This document shows, piece by piece, positions 11,801-25,483 of a stretch of DNA of 64,000 bases. The stretch covers positions 6,324,001 through 6,388,000 of the forward strand of contig OZ059896.1 of NCBI GenBank assembly GCA_964057225.1, read 5' to 3'. The stretch's first letter is position 1, and each line of letters opens with the position of its first letter. The position numbers and the translations under genes are program-made. The stretch comes from Auanema rhodensis (taxonomy: Eukaryota; Animalia; Nematoda). The notes below the pieces were generated by a model. The model made no database searches and was not told the origin of the DNA. It saw only the letters and a list, made by a program, of their open reading frames with translations.

Positions 11801-14322
11801 AAGTGAGCGCCCAAGCGACTCATTCATCACCGATAGCTACATCAACACCCATTATATCGGATGCAAAAAATGTTGCTGAACATTCTATGTCATCATCATC
11901 TTCATTGAAAGTCATAACTCGCCAAGATAGTAGTACATCTCCAATTCCAGTAATTCGATTCGAACGTCATTCTTCTATTGTTAAAGCCAAACCATCAGTA
12001 CCAGATTCAACAAGTGATGCTTCATTGAAAACTGAAGTACACATCAATACATCTGAGTATTCTGGTTGTAATTACGGTAATCCAACATTCGTCTTCAATT
12101 CATCACCCCGACCATTTGAGTCCGGCGAATGTCGTGGTTCCAGTGGAAAAAAAGTTGACTTCCTCCCATCTCCGATCACAATTGAATCAGATAATCGATG
12201 GATCGAGTCCGATCATATAGTTGATGAATCGGATATATTAACTGATCATTCTAAACGAAGTGATGATAGTATTGATGGTTCGTCAGTAGCACCAATTGAA
12301 TATGGTTTAACAACTAGTGCTGGACCATATGATGGTGATATATCGGAACAGTTATGTGATGATAAAACATATTTGGATGAGCAAGATGAATGGATGAGAG
12401 AAGAAGTTGAACAAGCTCGTCTTGAACAGCTTGAATTACTATCCATTAAAGGTGTTTCCAAAGTTGCTACTCAATCAACTGACAAACGTTCAATAGCTTT
12501 GAAAAAACAATCTTCTATTTCAAAAGCTGATCAAAGTTCAGATGAAGAGAATTGGATACAAAACCCTATACCTGTCAAAGAGAATGAGGAAGAACAACGA
12601 GATAATGATCTTGCTATAGTGGCAGCTTTGCATGATCGCCTTCATGATATCCGAGAAATGGAAGAACAGGATCGTTTGAGAGCTATTGAATGCATAGAAC
12701 GCCATCAACAAAGCTTAGAAGATCAACAAGATCAGTTATCATATCTTCTTAACTCAGCTATTCAATATCTGAAATCATTCGGCTCCGATGATGAACAGCA
12801 TGCTATAAACCTTTCTCGTTTAATGGCTCCACATTCCATGTCCTCTCATTCTCCCATTTCGGATACTATGACACCATCTCTTCATATACAAAGCCAATAC
12901 AACGAAGATTTCAATGATATTAGTGTTCAAAACAAGGCAATTGCTCCACCCACTCCTCCACCTCGAGAAGAACCTAAAGGACCTCCAACTCCACCAGTGC
13001 GACGTCATTTTCTAACATCTTCAACATTACCAACACATAGGTAAAATCAGTTTTTATTCAAAAAAAAAACCTTATGAATGTCCAGTGATATAATTTGTTG
13101 TGTTAAGCTTTTGTTCTATGTTTTGTAACCTTACAGCTCATCTGGTGGGGTATTGGACAAAGATCAGTCGATCAATGTTCCATCATCAGTATCTCCAACG
13201 TTTACCCATGGAATATCATCTCAACAAGACGTAACTGAACGACTCACAGCCCAACTATCACGACGACAAGCCCAAGAAGAGGGTGTGTCAGCTTATTGTT
13301 TTTATGTTGCCCAATGTTTCTAACGCTTCTTTTGCTTTAATTGCTTTATTTTTGAAATTTTTTTTATTATTAACAGTTCTATAACTATATAATTCTTCTA
13401 AATTAACTCGATATTCAGATCAAAACTATTCTCAATCATCCTTTTCACGAACGGAAACATTTTCAAATAATGCTTCTAAGCCAAGTGCTCAAATTAGTAC
13501 CAACAGCGCTAATGTAAATTTATATTTCAACTTCATCCTAAATGCATGATTCTTCAGATCAGTCAACAGCAAGCCGGTGGCCGTATTCCATATTGTGAAG
13601 CATGCAAGCAGCAAATCAGGTTTAGGGTTTTACCAATTATTTCCAAAGTTGTACGTTTTGAATTGTTTTCAGAGGTGCTTTCATATTAGCTTCTGGTCTT
13701 AGTTGGTGCCCTGAACACTTTGTATGTGCAAATGCACGATGTGGTCGTCGATTATTGGAATGCGGTTTCGTAGAGGAGCGTGGACAGAAGTACTGTGAGG
13801 GTTGCTTTGAAGCTCATATTGCTCCCAGGTGTTCCAAATGCACTAAACCGATAATCAGCGTAAGTGAAAGAAATTTATTCCTTGTTGAGTATAATAAGAA
13901 TATGTACTTGTTGCAGGATTGTTTAAATGCATTGCAAAAGAAATGGCACCCCACTTGCTTTACTTGCACCCATTGCCAGAAACCATTCGGAAGCAGCGCT
14001 TTTTATTTGGAAAATGGACAAGCTTATTGCGAAGCTGGTCAGATTTTGATTTAAGTATGAATTTTATTTCTGTTTTATTTTCAGATTGGAATACTCTTTT
14101 TACAACAAAATGCGTGAGCTGCAAATTTGCCATTGAAGCTGGTGATCGATGGGTTGAAGCTTTAGGAAATGCTTATCATTCGAACTGTTTCAACTGTTGG
14201 GTAAGTCGCTTTGCATAGATTTTATTCTTATATTCTTCATTTTCCAGCGTTGTCACGTCAACCTAGAAGGCGAAAGCTTCTTTGCTAAAGATGGTCAACC
14301 ATTCTGTAAACTTCATGCCTAG
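490..14322 (+). CDS. alp-1: ALP/Enigma family PDZ-ZM-LIM protein (PDZ, ZASP-like motif, 1+3 LIM domains), multi-exon
   Basis: Exons spliced in frame at GT-AG sites: 490-588, 1079-1224 (PDZ: METVTVRMARGERHIPWGFGV..VVGGSLADRAGLRNGDEI), 2191-2332, 2678-2835 (ZM motif VKHLQYNSPMGLYS), 4377-4456, 5023-5095, 7295-7398, 8435-8519 (LIM1 CFVC..HADCFQCATC..FYCDIH), 9559-9735, 10586-10884, ~10992-11087, 11210-13040, 13137-13282, 13419-13513, 13558-13619, 13673-13859, 13917-14037, 14085-14200, 14248-14322 (three C-terminal LIMs ending FCKLHA*). Confidence 0.93.
3020..4015 (-). CDS. Nested secreted helical protein with acidic tail (possibly SXP/RAL-2/DUF148-like), inside an alp-1 intron
   Basis: Signal peptide MQILICILFFISSVYA-RP. 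Six exons joined by short GT-AG introns give an open frame: ..LKNILQDSGIDSVEKVKAFNQTLDSLRGNYK|ESFIKIVDDVKKSIEKLNGK|TKEAAQSFFDFFKEGGLFENRDIVREY|IAKALKDLTTDEKDILNRLAEDF..EEEAIKPEE|KN*. The family assignment is only a resemblance. Confidence 0.8.
5531..5608. repeat. Imperfect (CT)n microsatellite
   Basis: Directly visible CT dinucleotide run. Confidence 0.95.
5652..5957 (-). CDS. Nested neuropeptide-like precursor, 72 aa, predicted C-terminal amidated peptide
   Basis: Exons 5957-5910, 5866-5800 and 5755-5652, with 43- and 44-nt GT-AG introns: MNVRVLLFVLVISLVQ|ISMAVSAFEGRLRRSEDFIDNAR|YSASEPLFEGEAAVAIPPRRIRYYRTGGTILLG*. It has a hydrophobic signal peptide, two RR sites, a terminal Gly, and TTTATAG-GAAA-ATG upstream. 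Confidence 0.85.
6370..6431. repeat. (GA)n microsatellite, ~31 units
   Basis: Directly visible perfect GA run. Confidence 0.97.
8802..8840. repeat. (TA)n microsatellite
   Basis: Directly visible TA run. Confidence 0.95.
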
Positions 14323-14546
14323 AAAAAAAAACTTTTTTCTGAGAATAACAACCTTCATGATATGCGCTACGTAGAACCTTTATCTGTTTTTTTTTCAGTT
14401 TGACAGGCATCAATATCTATTTCTCATAATAATTCGCTCATTAAAATGCTATTCTTTAGAAAGAATCATGTAATCCTTAAAAAAGATTTCATTTAAAGAT
14501 ATATTTCATTTCTACATTGTTTACATTCTATTGTATTCTGGAAATT

Positions 14547-14552
14547 AATAAA
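14547..14552 (+). terminator. Probable polyadenylation signal of alp-1
   Basis: AATAAA ~225 nt after the TAG stop. The AT-rich context makes a chance match possible. Confidence 0.45.
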
Positions 14553-14999
14553 AAAATTTTAAAAATTAAAGAATAAGTTTTCTTTTCACTTACAGCTATC
14601 AACTATATAAACATATAACATTAAGAAATGGAAAGTAGTAATGGCAAAGCAATAATATATATAATAGTAAACAATTTTAGAAACTTTTAAACCGTATAAA
14701 ACTTATTTTAAAGAAAAAAACTAATACAACAATCTATTAAGGAATGAGTATTAGAAGAAACGGCGTCGATGCTCTTTGATGCAACCTCTCAGCGCCTCGT
14801 ACAACCATATAATTTGATTAAGAACATAAATAATATGATAAATCTAACACAGATTAAATAACTAATAAAGACTAAAGAAAATCACGGTTCATTATTTGTA
14901 TTTTTAAGTATTTTTCTGAGAAATATACAAAATGGTGGAATCAGAGCGCTGAGCATAGTATTGTGGAAAAGAAATTAAAGGAAACCTGTTGTTTTGCTT

Positions 15000-16019
15000 T
15001 TAACTATTGTTAATAACAGTTCCATTCTTCTCAACTTCTGGTGTCCTGAAGAAAAATAAAAAATAAAACAATGAATCAAGAATGTTTTTCTTTCTTATTT
15101 TAGATTGAGAAAGCCAGATTCCATTGTCACTACTAAGAATCAAAAATAAATTGGAACAAAATTTTTCAATCTGTACTTCTTTTCTCTTTATTTTTTCTAA
15201 ACTTAAAATTTAGTTAGTAATATAAGACATGATATTTGATAAAATACTGAGAAATTTATCTGAAGAATGAAAGCAGAATTTTTTAAGACGTTTTGAGTGA
15301 GCACACATGTTTAGTCGATTACAACATTCTATTGTCAAACATTGATATCTAGCTTAGAGCACACCAGACGAATTTCAAGAAACCTATTAATTTGAAAAAA
15401 AATATCGAAACCTACCTTCGTGGAGAAGGAGAAGTTCGAACGGATCGCTCATCTATATACCCAAGATACTTCTTTCCGCGTGAAAGAAGAAAGATGCTCA
15501 GAACAGCCGCCAATGTAGTTTTTGCCCAAGCTGGAGTTCTGTAACACAAACATCAAAAATACAAGATTATCTTCTTTTCATACTTATGTGGAAGAAGAGC
15601 TTTTATAAGAACTGCTCCAAGTAAGCTGCCAAAATTGAATATGGTTGAAGCGAAAACACTAGAAACCAGAATATTTGAAGGTCATGCTGATCATTCAAAA
15701 CCTGAATTCAACTCTATCCCAAGAGTTCAAACGATGTAGGTGTTGACGGAAATAAATATAGAAGCCTATTCCCAAGTTAGCATTGAATAAGATACTGTTG
15801 CTTACTGCCAAGTCACCAACTGGGAATATTCTATAACACATGAAATAAAGATTAAATACAATGAGAAGTTATAAACCTGGAGACACAGGTGGGATTGAAG
15901 ATATGGACAGCAAACATAGTGTGAGACAAAGCACCACTAGCTGGTAAATAATGTCCAAGAAAAGATTTAGAAGTTAAGGGAGGAAAATAAGATTTCCAAT
16001 TGATTTTTCCGGATAACAT
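15000..16019 (-). CDS. Small multipass membrane protein of unknown function
   Basis: Spliced frame MLSGKINWKSYFPPLTSKSFLGHYLPASGALSHTMFAVHIFNPTCVSR|IFPVGDLAVSNSILFNANLGIGFYIYFRQHLHRLNSWDRVEF..VFASTIFNFGSLLGAVLIKALLPHK|TPAWAKTTLAAVLSIFLLSRGKKYLGYIDERSVRTSPSPR..TPEVEKNGTVINNS*. About 4 hydrophobic segments; TTTGCAG acceptor upstream of the ATG. Confidence 0.8.
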
Positions 16020-17080
16020 TGGTTCGAATTCTCTGTATATATCGCTGCAAAAGGTTAGACATTGTGAAGAATCAATGTTAAGAGAATAAACAAATAGAAA
16101 CACTGGAATGCTATAAGAGAAATCGATATGAAATATGAAACTGATTTTGCAGCTGAAAATGAAAACTACAAGTTATACTTTGAGAAATGAGCATCTTGAA
16201 TGCCATGAAGTCGCTTGAAATAGGAAAAATTAACACTGGAAGTCAATAACTGATGCGAAGACAACAGAATTCGTGTTTGAAAACCAACATAAGTACGAAC
16301 AGAAAAAAACAATGTAAAGTAAATCGATAGCTTAGGTACTTGAACCAATCAAATGAGCTGAGCAAAAGATGAGTACACAAACCATTTATCACGGAAATAA
16401 TTGTAAGATGTACACGCATGTATTATGAATGTGGACAACAAAGTTCGGGAAAACACTTTTTTTTAATATGAAAGGTAATTACCGAGAGAATCTGAGAAAA
16501 ATAATAATCAGAGAAAAGGTGACGAGATTGTATAAAGAAATTAAGAAGAGAACATTACCCGTCTTAAGAAAACAAACATTACAAAATTGGATTGGATTTG
16601 GAACAGAATTTAGATGTTTAACCCAATAAATAACTGAAACAAAGAAGATATAGAAAAGTAGTAGTACCAAAAAAAGAAAGAGATAGAAAAGAGAAAAACA
16701 ACAACAAATTCTCATATGAAACGAAACGGAAGAAAGAGGATACGCGAAGCGGCGTTTGCTGAAATGATAAGTGATCATGCTAGATGATATATGATAGAAA
16801 GGGCGCTTGGAGTTGGAACAGATGTCAAAAATCTTGACGTAGAGAGGAGGTTAGAAGCAACACAATTTCAAAAATCAACAAGATATAAGGCAGGATGAGC
16901 AGAGTCAAAGAAAATGTTCAATTCTTGAGTCTTGTTAGAAACTTTAAGATAAATAGACAAATTTAAGGTATGTATTCGAATATATCTTGAGCTGATGATG
17001 AAACATTAAGTAAACAAGGAGTTCCAAACTAAAAAAAATCAAAACTACCTATGAAATATTTTTATATTTGGAAAACCACG

Positions 17081-18760
17081 TTAAGTGGATGATATTGGGA
17101 AAGAAACATTTTCAAATGTTGCAATTGACATCATATCAAAAGCAGCAACAATATTTTTGGCGACAATATGAAAGCCATAAACTCCTCCAAACGTTTTATT
17201 GCTTAAATAAAAATATCATATAGTGAGCGTATTGAAAAAAAAGTTTTACCGAAGACTGTTCAGCTGAACTGCGTCCCCTAAGCGATCATTAGTCCACACT
17301 GAGGTTCTACTCAAAGCAGAAGCTCTGAAACAAAGTTGTGTTTCGTTGGTTTAATATCATAAATCAAAATTAATTTATGTTGATATAAGAGTTATTTTCG
17401 TTTAAAGAATTCAAGGACACGTCACTAGTATTAGATTATGCGATATTAAGATTTGAATTAATGAATATATTGATAAAATCAATAAATTAAATCGTGATTT
17501 ATAATTATTATAATTTAGTTGATCTGTACAAATTTTCACCTGAATCCACCCATATTTACGTGGGAAGCATCCCAATGAATTATGCTACCATCAGTAGATG
17601 AGCAAACCATATGTTCTCCGCATTGAGGATGGAACACAATCTATGAAATATTAAGGATAGAATTACTTAAGAAATATTCTTACTTGAGTAATAGTGGAAC
17701 TGCAAACATCAAAGGATTGGGGTAAAAGCTCAGCACCTGCACCTCTTACATCACAAAATCCAACGGCACCATCATCAGTTCCAAATGACAACTTTAAGAA
17801 AAAATAACACAAACAATTTTTCAATTTCAAACCAAATTTGACTGTGCTGGATGAGATGCAACAGCAGTAATAGCGTCCAATGACCGTTTTGAAGGAGTTG
17901 CAGCTGAAGGGCGAGCACTGCAGGCAGGATCTCGAATATCCCACACAAGTAATTGTCCTGCTTCATGTCCAGATGCCAAAAGAGTACCCCCAGCGAGAAC
18001 AGCAAGAGAGCATACACCAGAGAAATCCTTAATAAGAGTATTTTTTTGTAATCTTCTAGAAATATGAACATACTGATCCTAGCTTAACCTTAGATCCACT
18101 TTCAATATCCATGACAATAATAGATCCTGAAGATGAACCACTGCAAAATTAATTCAAGTAAATTACATTTGCAAAGCAATCAAACCTAATCAATTTTCCA
18201 TCACATAATGTTAAGACACGGGAATTACCGTCACCATGAACCTGTTGTCTTCTGCCTATCTAAATCATCGAATACTATTTCAAAAAAAATAATACACAAA
18301 CCTCGTTCACTCTTCCGTTACATGTATCTACAAAAGCAATATCTCCATTTGCGAATGATACTGCATATTTATCTTCAGAAATTTCACTAAAACAATAATT
18401 GGTATACAAAATTTTTTAGTAACTATTAGTTTTCAAAACTTCAAACACAAACCACATATCAAAAGGGTCCGAGTTGACTAATAATCTATCAGTTTCCTCA
18501 AAAGGATCACAGCCGTCACTTCTCCTCCACTGGGAAACACAACGACCTGTTGAATATCCAAGCCATATAATTCTTGAAATATCTTTCCCGATGAACATAG
18601 CCTATAAAAGGTAAACAGTACAAGGCATGCCCCATGAACCAACTTTTCTTGTTTTCACATCAGTAGATTGAGAGTTAAAATCAAATGGTATACCAACAAC
18701 ATCATCATTAGCTTGTTTTAATAAGGAAGATTGATTTAGATCATACAGAGCTCTTGTCAT
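17081..18760 (-). CDS. npp-23: WD40 nucleoporin Nup43-like
   Basis: Exons encode FIGKDISRIIW, LASGHEAGQLLVWDIRD, AITAVASHPAQSNL|LSFGTDDGAVGFCDVRG and IVFHPQCGEHMVCSSTDGSIIHWDAS. These match Nup43 motifs as I recall them (FVSQKISKTRW; HP..Q..GG.DG...WDVR; FHPSNPEHLFTCSEDGSLWHWDAS). Ends ..ATFENVSFPISST*. The start codon is less certain. Confidence 0.75.
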
Positions 18761-19771
18761 TTTCTTAAATTGTAAAAATAAATTATTATTAAAATGATTA
18801 AAATTAAAAACAAAAACAATAAACAAAGAAGTTTGAACTTAATTACGTAAAGCTGGTTTAAATTCGTATAGTCGTGGGCATAAAAATATACAATACATGT
18901 AGAAGACAAATAGTTTAAAATGTTTTCTCCCCGTTTATTATAATTGACCGTGAAATGATCAATTAGGAAAACTAAATCCATTTAAAATGTTATCTGTTCA
19001 TTCAAGTAATATTAAGACCAATAAAACACTTTGACTATTCTTCTCATAAAGTTGTATTAGAACTTCATAATGGTCTTGTTATCTTAGCGAAAGATTTGTT
19101 CTTTCAAAGTATCTGTATGAATATTGCAATTTTGATGAATATAATTATGAATTGCTTTCATAAGAGCATTTAATACGAGTGAACTTTACTTGAATAGATT
19201 AATTTGAATATGATTCGGTATTGCTCGAAGGAATTTAAAACTATATATGCATAGCACTTAATTAGCAATTACTTTTCACTGTTTATTTACTTCTTATGCT
19301 TTTTCACTACAGTGCATCGCATGCAATTCTGCAAAACTAAAAAATTAGGCAACAAAATTTGAAGACACCTTCTGCCCATATGAAAAAATAATTTATTAGT
19401 TAACTAATTGGATATTCTACATGAATACCTTGTAATTAAAAATATTGGATCTATCACAAAATTGTTTAATTGCACATCGGCATCTTAAGTTTAAACACCA
19501 AAAAAAACAAGATACGGATCTACAAAGATATGCACATTATTATGAAAGAGCAATTGCAACGTTCTGAGAATTTCTATCAATATAATTTGTATAATTAAAA
19601 ATCTTTTCAAACATTAGAAACATAAAGTTAAAAAAATGAATTGAATTCAAACTTAAATTGGAAGTGAGATCGAAAGCCCTGTGTTGACAGGAATAATATA
19701 TGAGAATTCTATATCAATATCTAAGTGAGGTAATTGCAAATACCAGTATATATAATAATATACAAAAAAAG

Positions 19772-21890
19772 TTATGGTATTTGTTCAGAATAATTGTAAA
19801 CATTTCCTTTGCATATATCTTCAAACATTCTATCCTTCGCAATTAACTGAAAGGTGTTCAGTAGATGCATATTTTCTGAAGTCTTTATAGCGTGTGTCTG
19901 AAAAATAATATTAATGATTTTCTTAATATATATTGAGCAACCTTAATAGCCCCCAACGTCATAAATAGTTCAGCCATACGAATTTCGGGATCTCTCCCAG
20001 GTTCTTTCGACGAACTATCTTGATTGTAATATACAAAAATATCTTTAATTAGCTGATCTCGAATACTCCAAATAATTTCTTTTGTTTCATGTTTTAAAGT
20101 AGCAACAGCTGAAAAATATTCGTTAGAAATACGGTTATTAAAAGTGAAAAGATGTACTTGGATCTAATAGAGTAAGTCCACATAGTGCAATCATTTCAGT
20201 ATCTGATATATTAAGATCTTTCATTTGAACACTTATAGTTGACATTGCTGATTCAAATGACGAAACAAACAAACTTCAACAATGATATATAGATTTGAAA
20301 ATGAATAAATTAAAATACCTTTTAGCATCATTGTAACTCAGCTTGAGCGTATTCATAACACCATCATTCCAATATTTTTGAGCTTCTAGTATATTAATAT
20401 AAATTCTATAAATCGAAAGCTTAGAAAAGAATGAGATGAAAAATAGCTCCCTAACCTATTAGGCATTACCCAACATCTCTTCTCTAACCCGCCAAATTTC
20501 CACGTCAAATAGGGCTCTTCTATTGCTTGACGTAAAATTACAAAATTACGGAATAACTTTGCCTAAAATTCAATTAAATAGCTACAAAATTATGTGAAAT
20601 TCGTACTTTCTCACGAGGTTCCACTGAAACTAAAAATTTGTTTTCTGAAACAAATTCTGCAGCTAGTCTTGGTTCTACTTTCCATATTTGATACATACAT
20701 TCATGAAAGTCAGTAATCTCGACAATTTCCTTAAAGAAAAGTGAAAAATTTTAACTATGATTTTCATAACTTACTAATTCATTGGGTTCAAAAAGATTTT
20801 CACATACTCCATTAGTATAAAAAAGTTTACGTTTTTTCATTAAACATTCCTGCCTGTCTAACAATTCATCCAATATACGGGGCTCATGTTGAGGTATCAC
20901 TGAGAATGGACTAGCAGGACTATCGCTTTTGGTCTGATCAACTTCAATAAGAAAAACATTAAGAACAAAAGAAACAATATAATAGTACTTGGAGAATATT
21001 CCCTTTTTACACCAGCTGCATACTTGCCAATAGCATCTCTACGATGTTGCACAGCTTAAAACAAAATCAAAATAATAAAAAAGTTATTGTAAAAAATATA
21101 AATGAAAAAAAAAAGGTGTTGAAATGTGAGATATAACGTTTTCATTACGATTGTCAGAAAGCTTAAAAAATTGAAATAATGAATACCAGTTTTATCCATT
21201 CCAGCAGATTCACATTTTTTAAAACGACAGGAACGACATTTTTGTCCACCCTGAACATCTGAAATAAAGATATTCAATATTTATTTGTTAGGATAAATCG
21301 GGACTCTTTAATACAAATTTTCGGATTATGACAAAAAAAAACATCAAAAATCAAAGATGAAAAAAAATATATATCATAAAGCTGAACCAGAAGGAAGAAG
21401 AACAAATTTACTTTTACTGTAGAAAACGGTAAAATGTTAAAATATCGAATATAAATAAAAATTATGGCAATAAAGTGTATACTGATTTTAAATCAAATTC
21501 TTTATACGGTAAAATTGTAAGAGCAGCAAACCTTTTGAAACTGTACATGTTCCTTTCTTAGGACAGTCATATTCTTTATTGAGTACTACTGTTCTTCGGA
21601 AAAAAGCTGAACAAGCTGCACATGCATCAACCCCAAAATGAATCCCTGTTGAATCAGCACCACAAATCGCACATGGGACCTTGAATTTAAGCAGTTCAAA
21701 AAAGAAAAAAATGTCAGGAAAGTACGCAAAAGTACTAAAGAACTTTTAAGAAATAACAAAATGAAAAGAAAAAACTAACTCTGCGATCTGCGTGTTGCGG
21801 TGTGCTCGGAGGAGAATCTGACAATATGGGTTCTTCCTTGGGTACCACACAACTAGATATTTGTGAATCTGAAGAGGAAGTGCTAGGCAT
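19772..21890 (-). CDS. Nematode-expanded (HNF4-derived) nuclear hormone receptor, C4 zinc finger plus ligand-binding domain
   Basis: DBD: [43 protein letters not shown]..|..[19 protein letters not shown]|[13 protein letters not shown]: ..[62 protein letters not shown]. Multiple short introns; an extra upstream exon is possible. Confidence 0.92.
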
Positions 21891-24409
21891 TATAATATCG
21901 CCGGCATCGATTCTGTAAAAAAAAACAATTTTTCAACAATTCAATGATTTAAAGAAAACAAGAAGTACAGGAAAAATAAGTTTTATAGAATGACAGCTGG
22001 GTGACTTTTTTAAATTTAAAAAAGAATGACAATAAACTGACCCTGATAAAAAGAGAGACGATTGTAAAGACAGTGTAGAATGTGTGTTTGGCACAATCAC
22101 ATGACCTGAACCCATTGGAGCTGTAATATCTTTGATAAGTCAAGATCAAGTAGAAGTTAAAGCGTATTTGCTCCAATAAATATAAAATGCAACAAAAACA
22201 GCGATGAACTATACCTATAGATATCAGGCCATGACTTGACATATTACGATGATCAGGGCAATTACCCGAAATATGACGCTAAAAAGAAGTATACGATAGA
22301 TGAATTAAATCTTGATATCAAAGAACAAGAACAAAATACTGATGATTTCTAGACAATACAAATGACGTATATGTACCCAAAACTGTTTCAATCTAGAAAC
22401 GATGAAAAGATAGCAAATGACGTCAAATCAAATGAGATACAATACGAAAAATATTGGTTAATCTACATATATGATGTCACACATAAGTTAAAATAAGTAT
22501 ACAACCAAGAAAGTTTGAAATGAGAAGAGATAATGCAACACTTTATAGTAAATGTGTCTTATCATATAATAGGTATACCAACCAGATAGCGAATGGAAGG
22601 ACTCTTACTCGGTGTATGCGCAAGCGAATGCCTATTATTTAATCGAATACATATTATATTATAATAATATATATAATTATTAAGAAAATTAAAATATGAT
22701 TAACCAATATGTAGAAGTAATATTTCGATCTCACTTAACTCATGCTTAAAAAAAGACAAAGACGTATTCATCATGAATTTATTTGCCTTCGAAATGTCAA
22801 TTGTAACATTAAGATAGACGAATACAATTCAGAAGAAAAGTGACATTAATCAGCCATCGAGATGAATTTTCATGTGATATACGAGAAGCCACGTGAAAAG
22901 TACAAAATGAAACAGATTAACGACATGAAAGAAAAATGAAAAATTAAGTGAATACAGCTAAATCAGGCCAAAATGTGGTCGCATTCATGTTCATTTTAAT
23001 GTTATTTATTCAATTTAATAGCATAATATTGTTTTGAAACAAGAATATACTTATCTTCTATTTCAAACTAAAAAAAGTAAACGATGAAAGAGCTAAAAGC
23101 ACTGTTCTTCATTATTCTCTTTGGTTGGTTAGTGGCTGACTGGCAGAGCTAGACAAGAGAGATTCCAACCTGCAACATAGGGGGTGGACAGCAAGGGGCT
23201 AACACTGCGTCTCTGCCCGTTCGATGTATACTATGCTCTCGCAATTTTCTTTTTGTCTCATAATACCTCTCTCTATCTCTCTTTTATGGTTATTCTTTAT
23301 TTATCTCTCTTTTAACTTTTCAGTGTTAGGCCTAATTCGGGGCAGTACACATACTTGAATATGGAGAGAGTAGAAGTAGCATAGAGACGGGTAGAGGCAT
23401 TAGAAGAGGGTAAGACAAGAAAAAGTACACGAAAAGCACGCCTCCTAACTACAAATTCGAGCATACATACCAGGTGTCGGGTGACTATGAGCAAAATGGA
23501 GACAACGCGAAAGAGCGACGTTTCATTTGCATCAAGTTGTTGTCATCAACGCCTCTCACTGTGTTTTACTTCTATATTTAACAACGAATATATCCAATGT
23601 GTGCATATGATGACCTATACTGTTCCAGATCAAACAACTTGAGACGTGTTGAAAACTTTTTGTCTCATAGCAAAAGGTCATCTAACTTTCTATCCACAGT
23701 CATTCATATTTGAGAAAATATTATTAAAAATATATGTAAACCAATTATCTATAGAATTAAGTTCAAAATATTTCAAAAGGTTCATGTTTTATTTGAAAAT
23801 TAATTTATTAAACTAGTTTGATTATATCTGACTTTAATTTATTCAAAATATTCACTTATGAGAGAGGTTCAATAAGTTTGGAATTGAATTAAATTTATAA
23901 TTCATCAGAAAACGACTAAATGTATGAAAAATATCTAAAATTTGAAAGAAAACGGATTTTTAATGATCTATATAATGAGAATTTGTTGAAAGAAGTTGAC
24001 CATTAAACTATATTAGGATGAACTTTAGAGCTCAGACCTCCTCCATAGAACAATGTTTATTTTGAAAACATTTTACTTTCCTGATAACATATGACCAGAA
24101 GATATGACTTTCAGAAATGTTTTAGAAACTTAGAATGACCAACTAAAGTTTAAGCTACTTTGTACATTAATCATACCTGTAATAATAATTATTATAAGTA
24201 TCTATGACCCGATAAGGATTTGATCATAATGATCATAATCCTGTCTATATTAGCAAACACAATATATTATATAAACATAATGTTTTATTCAATTGTTTGT
24301 GACAGAATGAGTTATACAAAACAAAATTTTGTATATATCTCTTACAACATAATAGAACAAACATTTTCATTTTATCCATTGCCATGTGCTGATTGAGCTA
24401 ATTCGTCAA

Positions 24410-25483
24410 TTACACAGCTCTACGTAAATATACAAGAGAACGTGGAGGGCATGGGCAATATTCAGCATCGTGTCCTGGGAACCCGGCCTCTCCTTGACGC
24501 CCAGATAGACCGGAGTCACCGTTAGCACCTGGGTTACCAGATTCTCCCATTTCTCCCTGAGGTCCTTGTCTTCCTGGTTGTCCATCGGAACCAGGTACTC
24601 CAGGCTTTCCAGGTGCACCAGCAGAACCTTGGGGTCCAGGTTGTCCAGAAGTACGCTTATAAACGGTTCCATCTTTTCCGGGTAAGCCTGGCTTGCCATC
24701 TAATCCAGGTCTTCCAGGTGTACCAGCATCTCCAGCAGGTCCCTGCGGTCCAGGAGCTCCAGATCGAGTAGATGGAATTCCGGGTGGTCCAGGTCTTCCA
24801 TCAGGTCCAGCTGGTCCATGTGGTCCATCGGGGCCTGGTGGTCCAGCAGGTCCTGCAGGGCATTGAATGCAACCAGTATCAGCTACAGCACAAGATACGG
24901 AATATCCCGTATCCGAGTTATCAAGACCACGTGGTCCGGGAAGGCCAGGTGCTTAAATATTTTTTAAAAAATTGTATGTAAATTCTATCTTACTTCCTGG
25001 CTCTCCGGCTATTCCTGGTGGTCCTGGAGGTCCAGGTGGACATTGAGGCATTGAATCACATTGACACCAATCAGGAAGCTCAGCAAAACTGAAGAAACAG
25101 TGCTCATCATTACCTTGTTCATAGACACATACCGTTTTTCACGTCTTAACAATGGATTCTCACGTCTATTTGATGCTTGAGATCTAGCAGGACCAAACAC
25201 AAATTGAAGATCCATTAAATCGCTCCATGATGAATCAGTATCAACCTTGAGAAAAATTTCATATCTCAGTTATTTCAATGTTTAGGAAAAATTTTTAATG
25301 TTAAGCTCAGCTTTTTGTTGTAGCATGAGAGAATGTTACCTTGAATTGCTCAACAGCACCACTGATTTCCAGCTGGAGATCAGCCATGTCCCAGTATAAA
25401 CGTGGCAAGAAAATTGTAGCCATTAGAAGAGATAAAGCTGCTCCACATGATGATATACTAACAACCACCGATAATGGTGACAT
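24410..25483 (-). CDS. Nematode cuticle collagen (Col_cuticle_N plus interrupted Gly-X-Y)
   Basis: [48 protein letters not shown]|[16 protein letters not shown] (furin-type site), [33 protein letters not shown].. Gly-X-Y blocks, C-terminal [19 protein letters not shown]. Confidence 0.95.

Noticed and set aside
15000-21890. Operon of the three co-oriented minus-strand genes
   Set aside because: Stop-to-start gaps are ~1 kb, much longer than typical ~100-bp intercistronic spacing. SL2 data would be needed.
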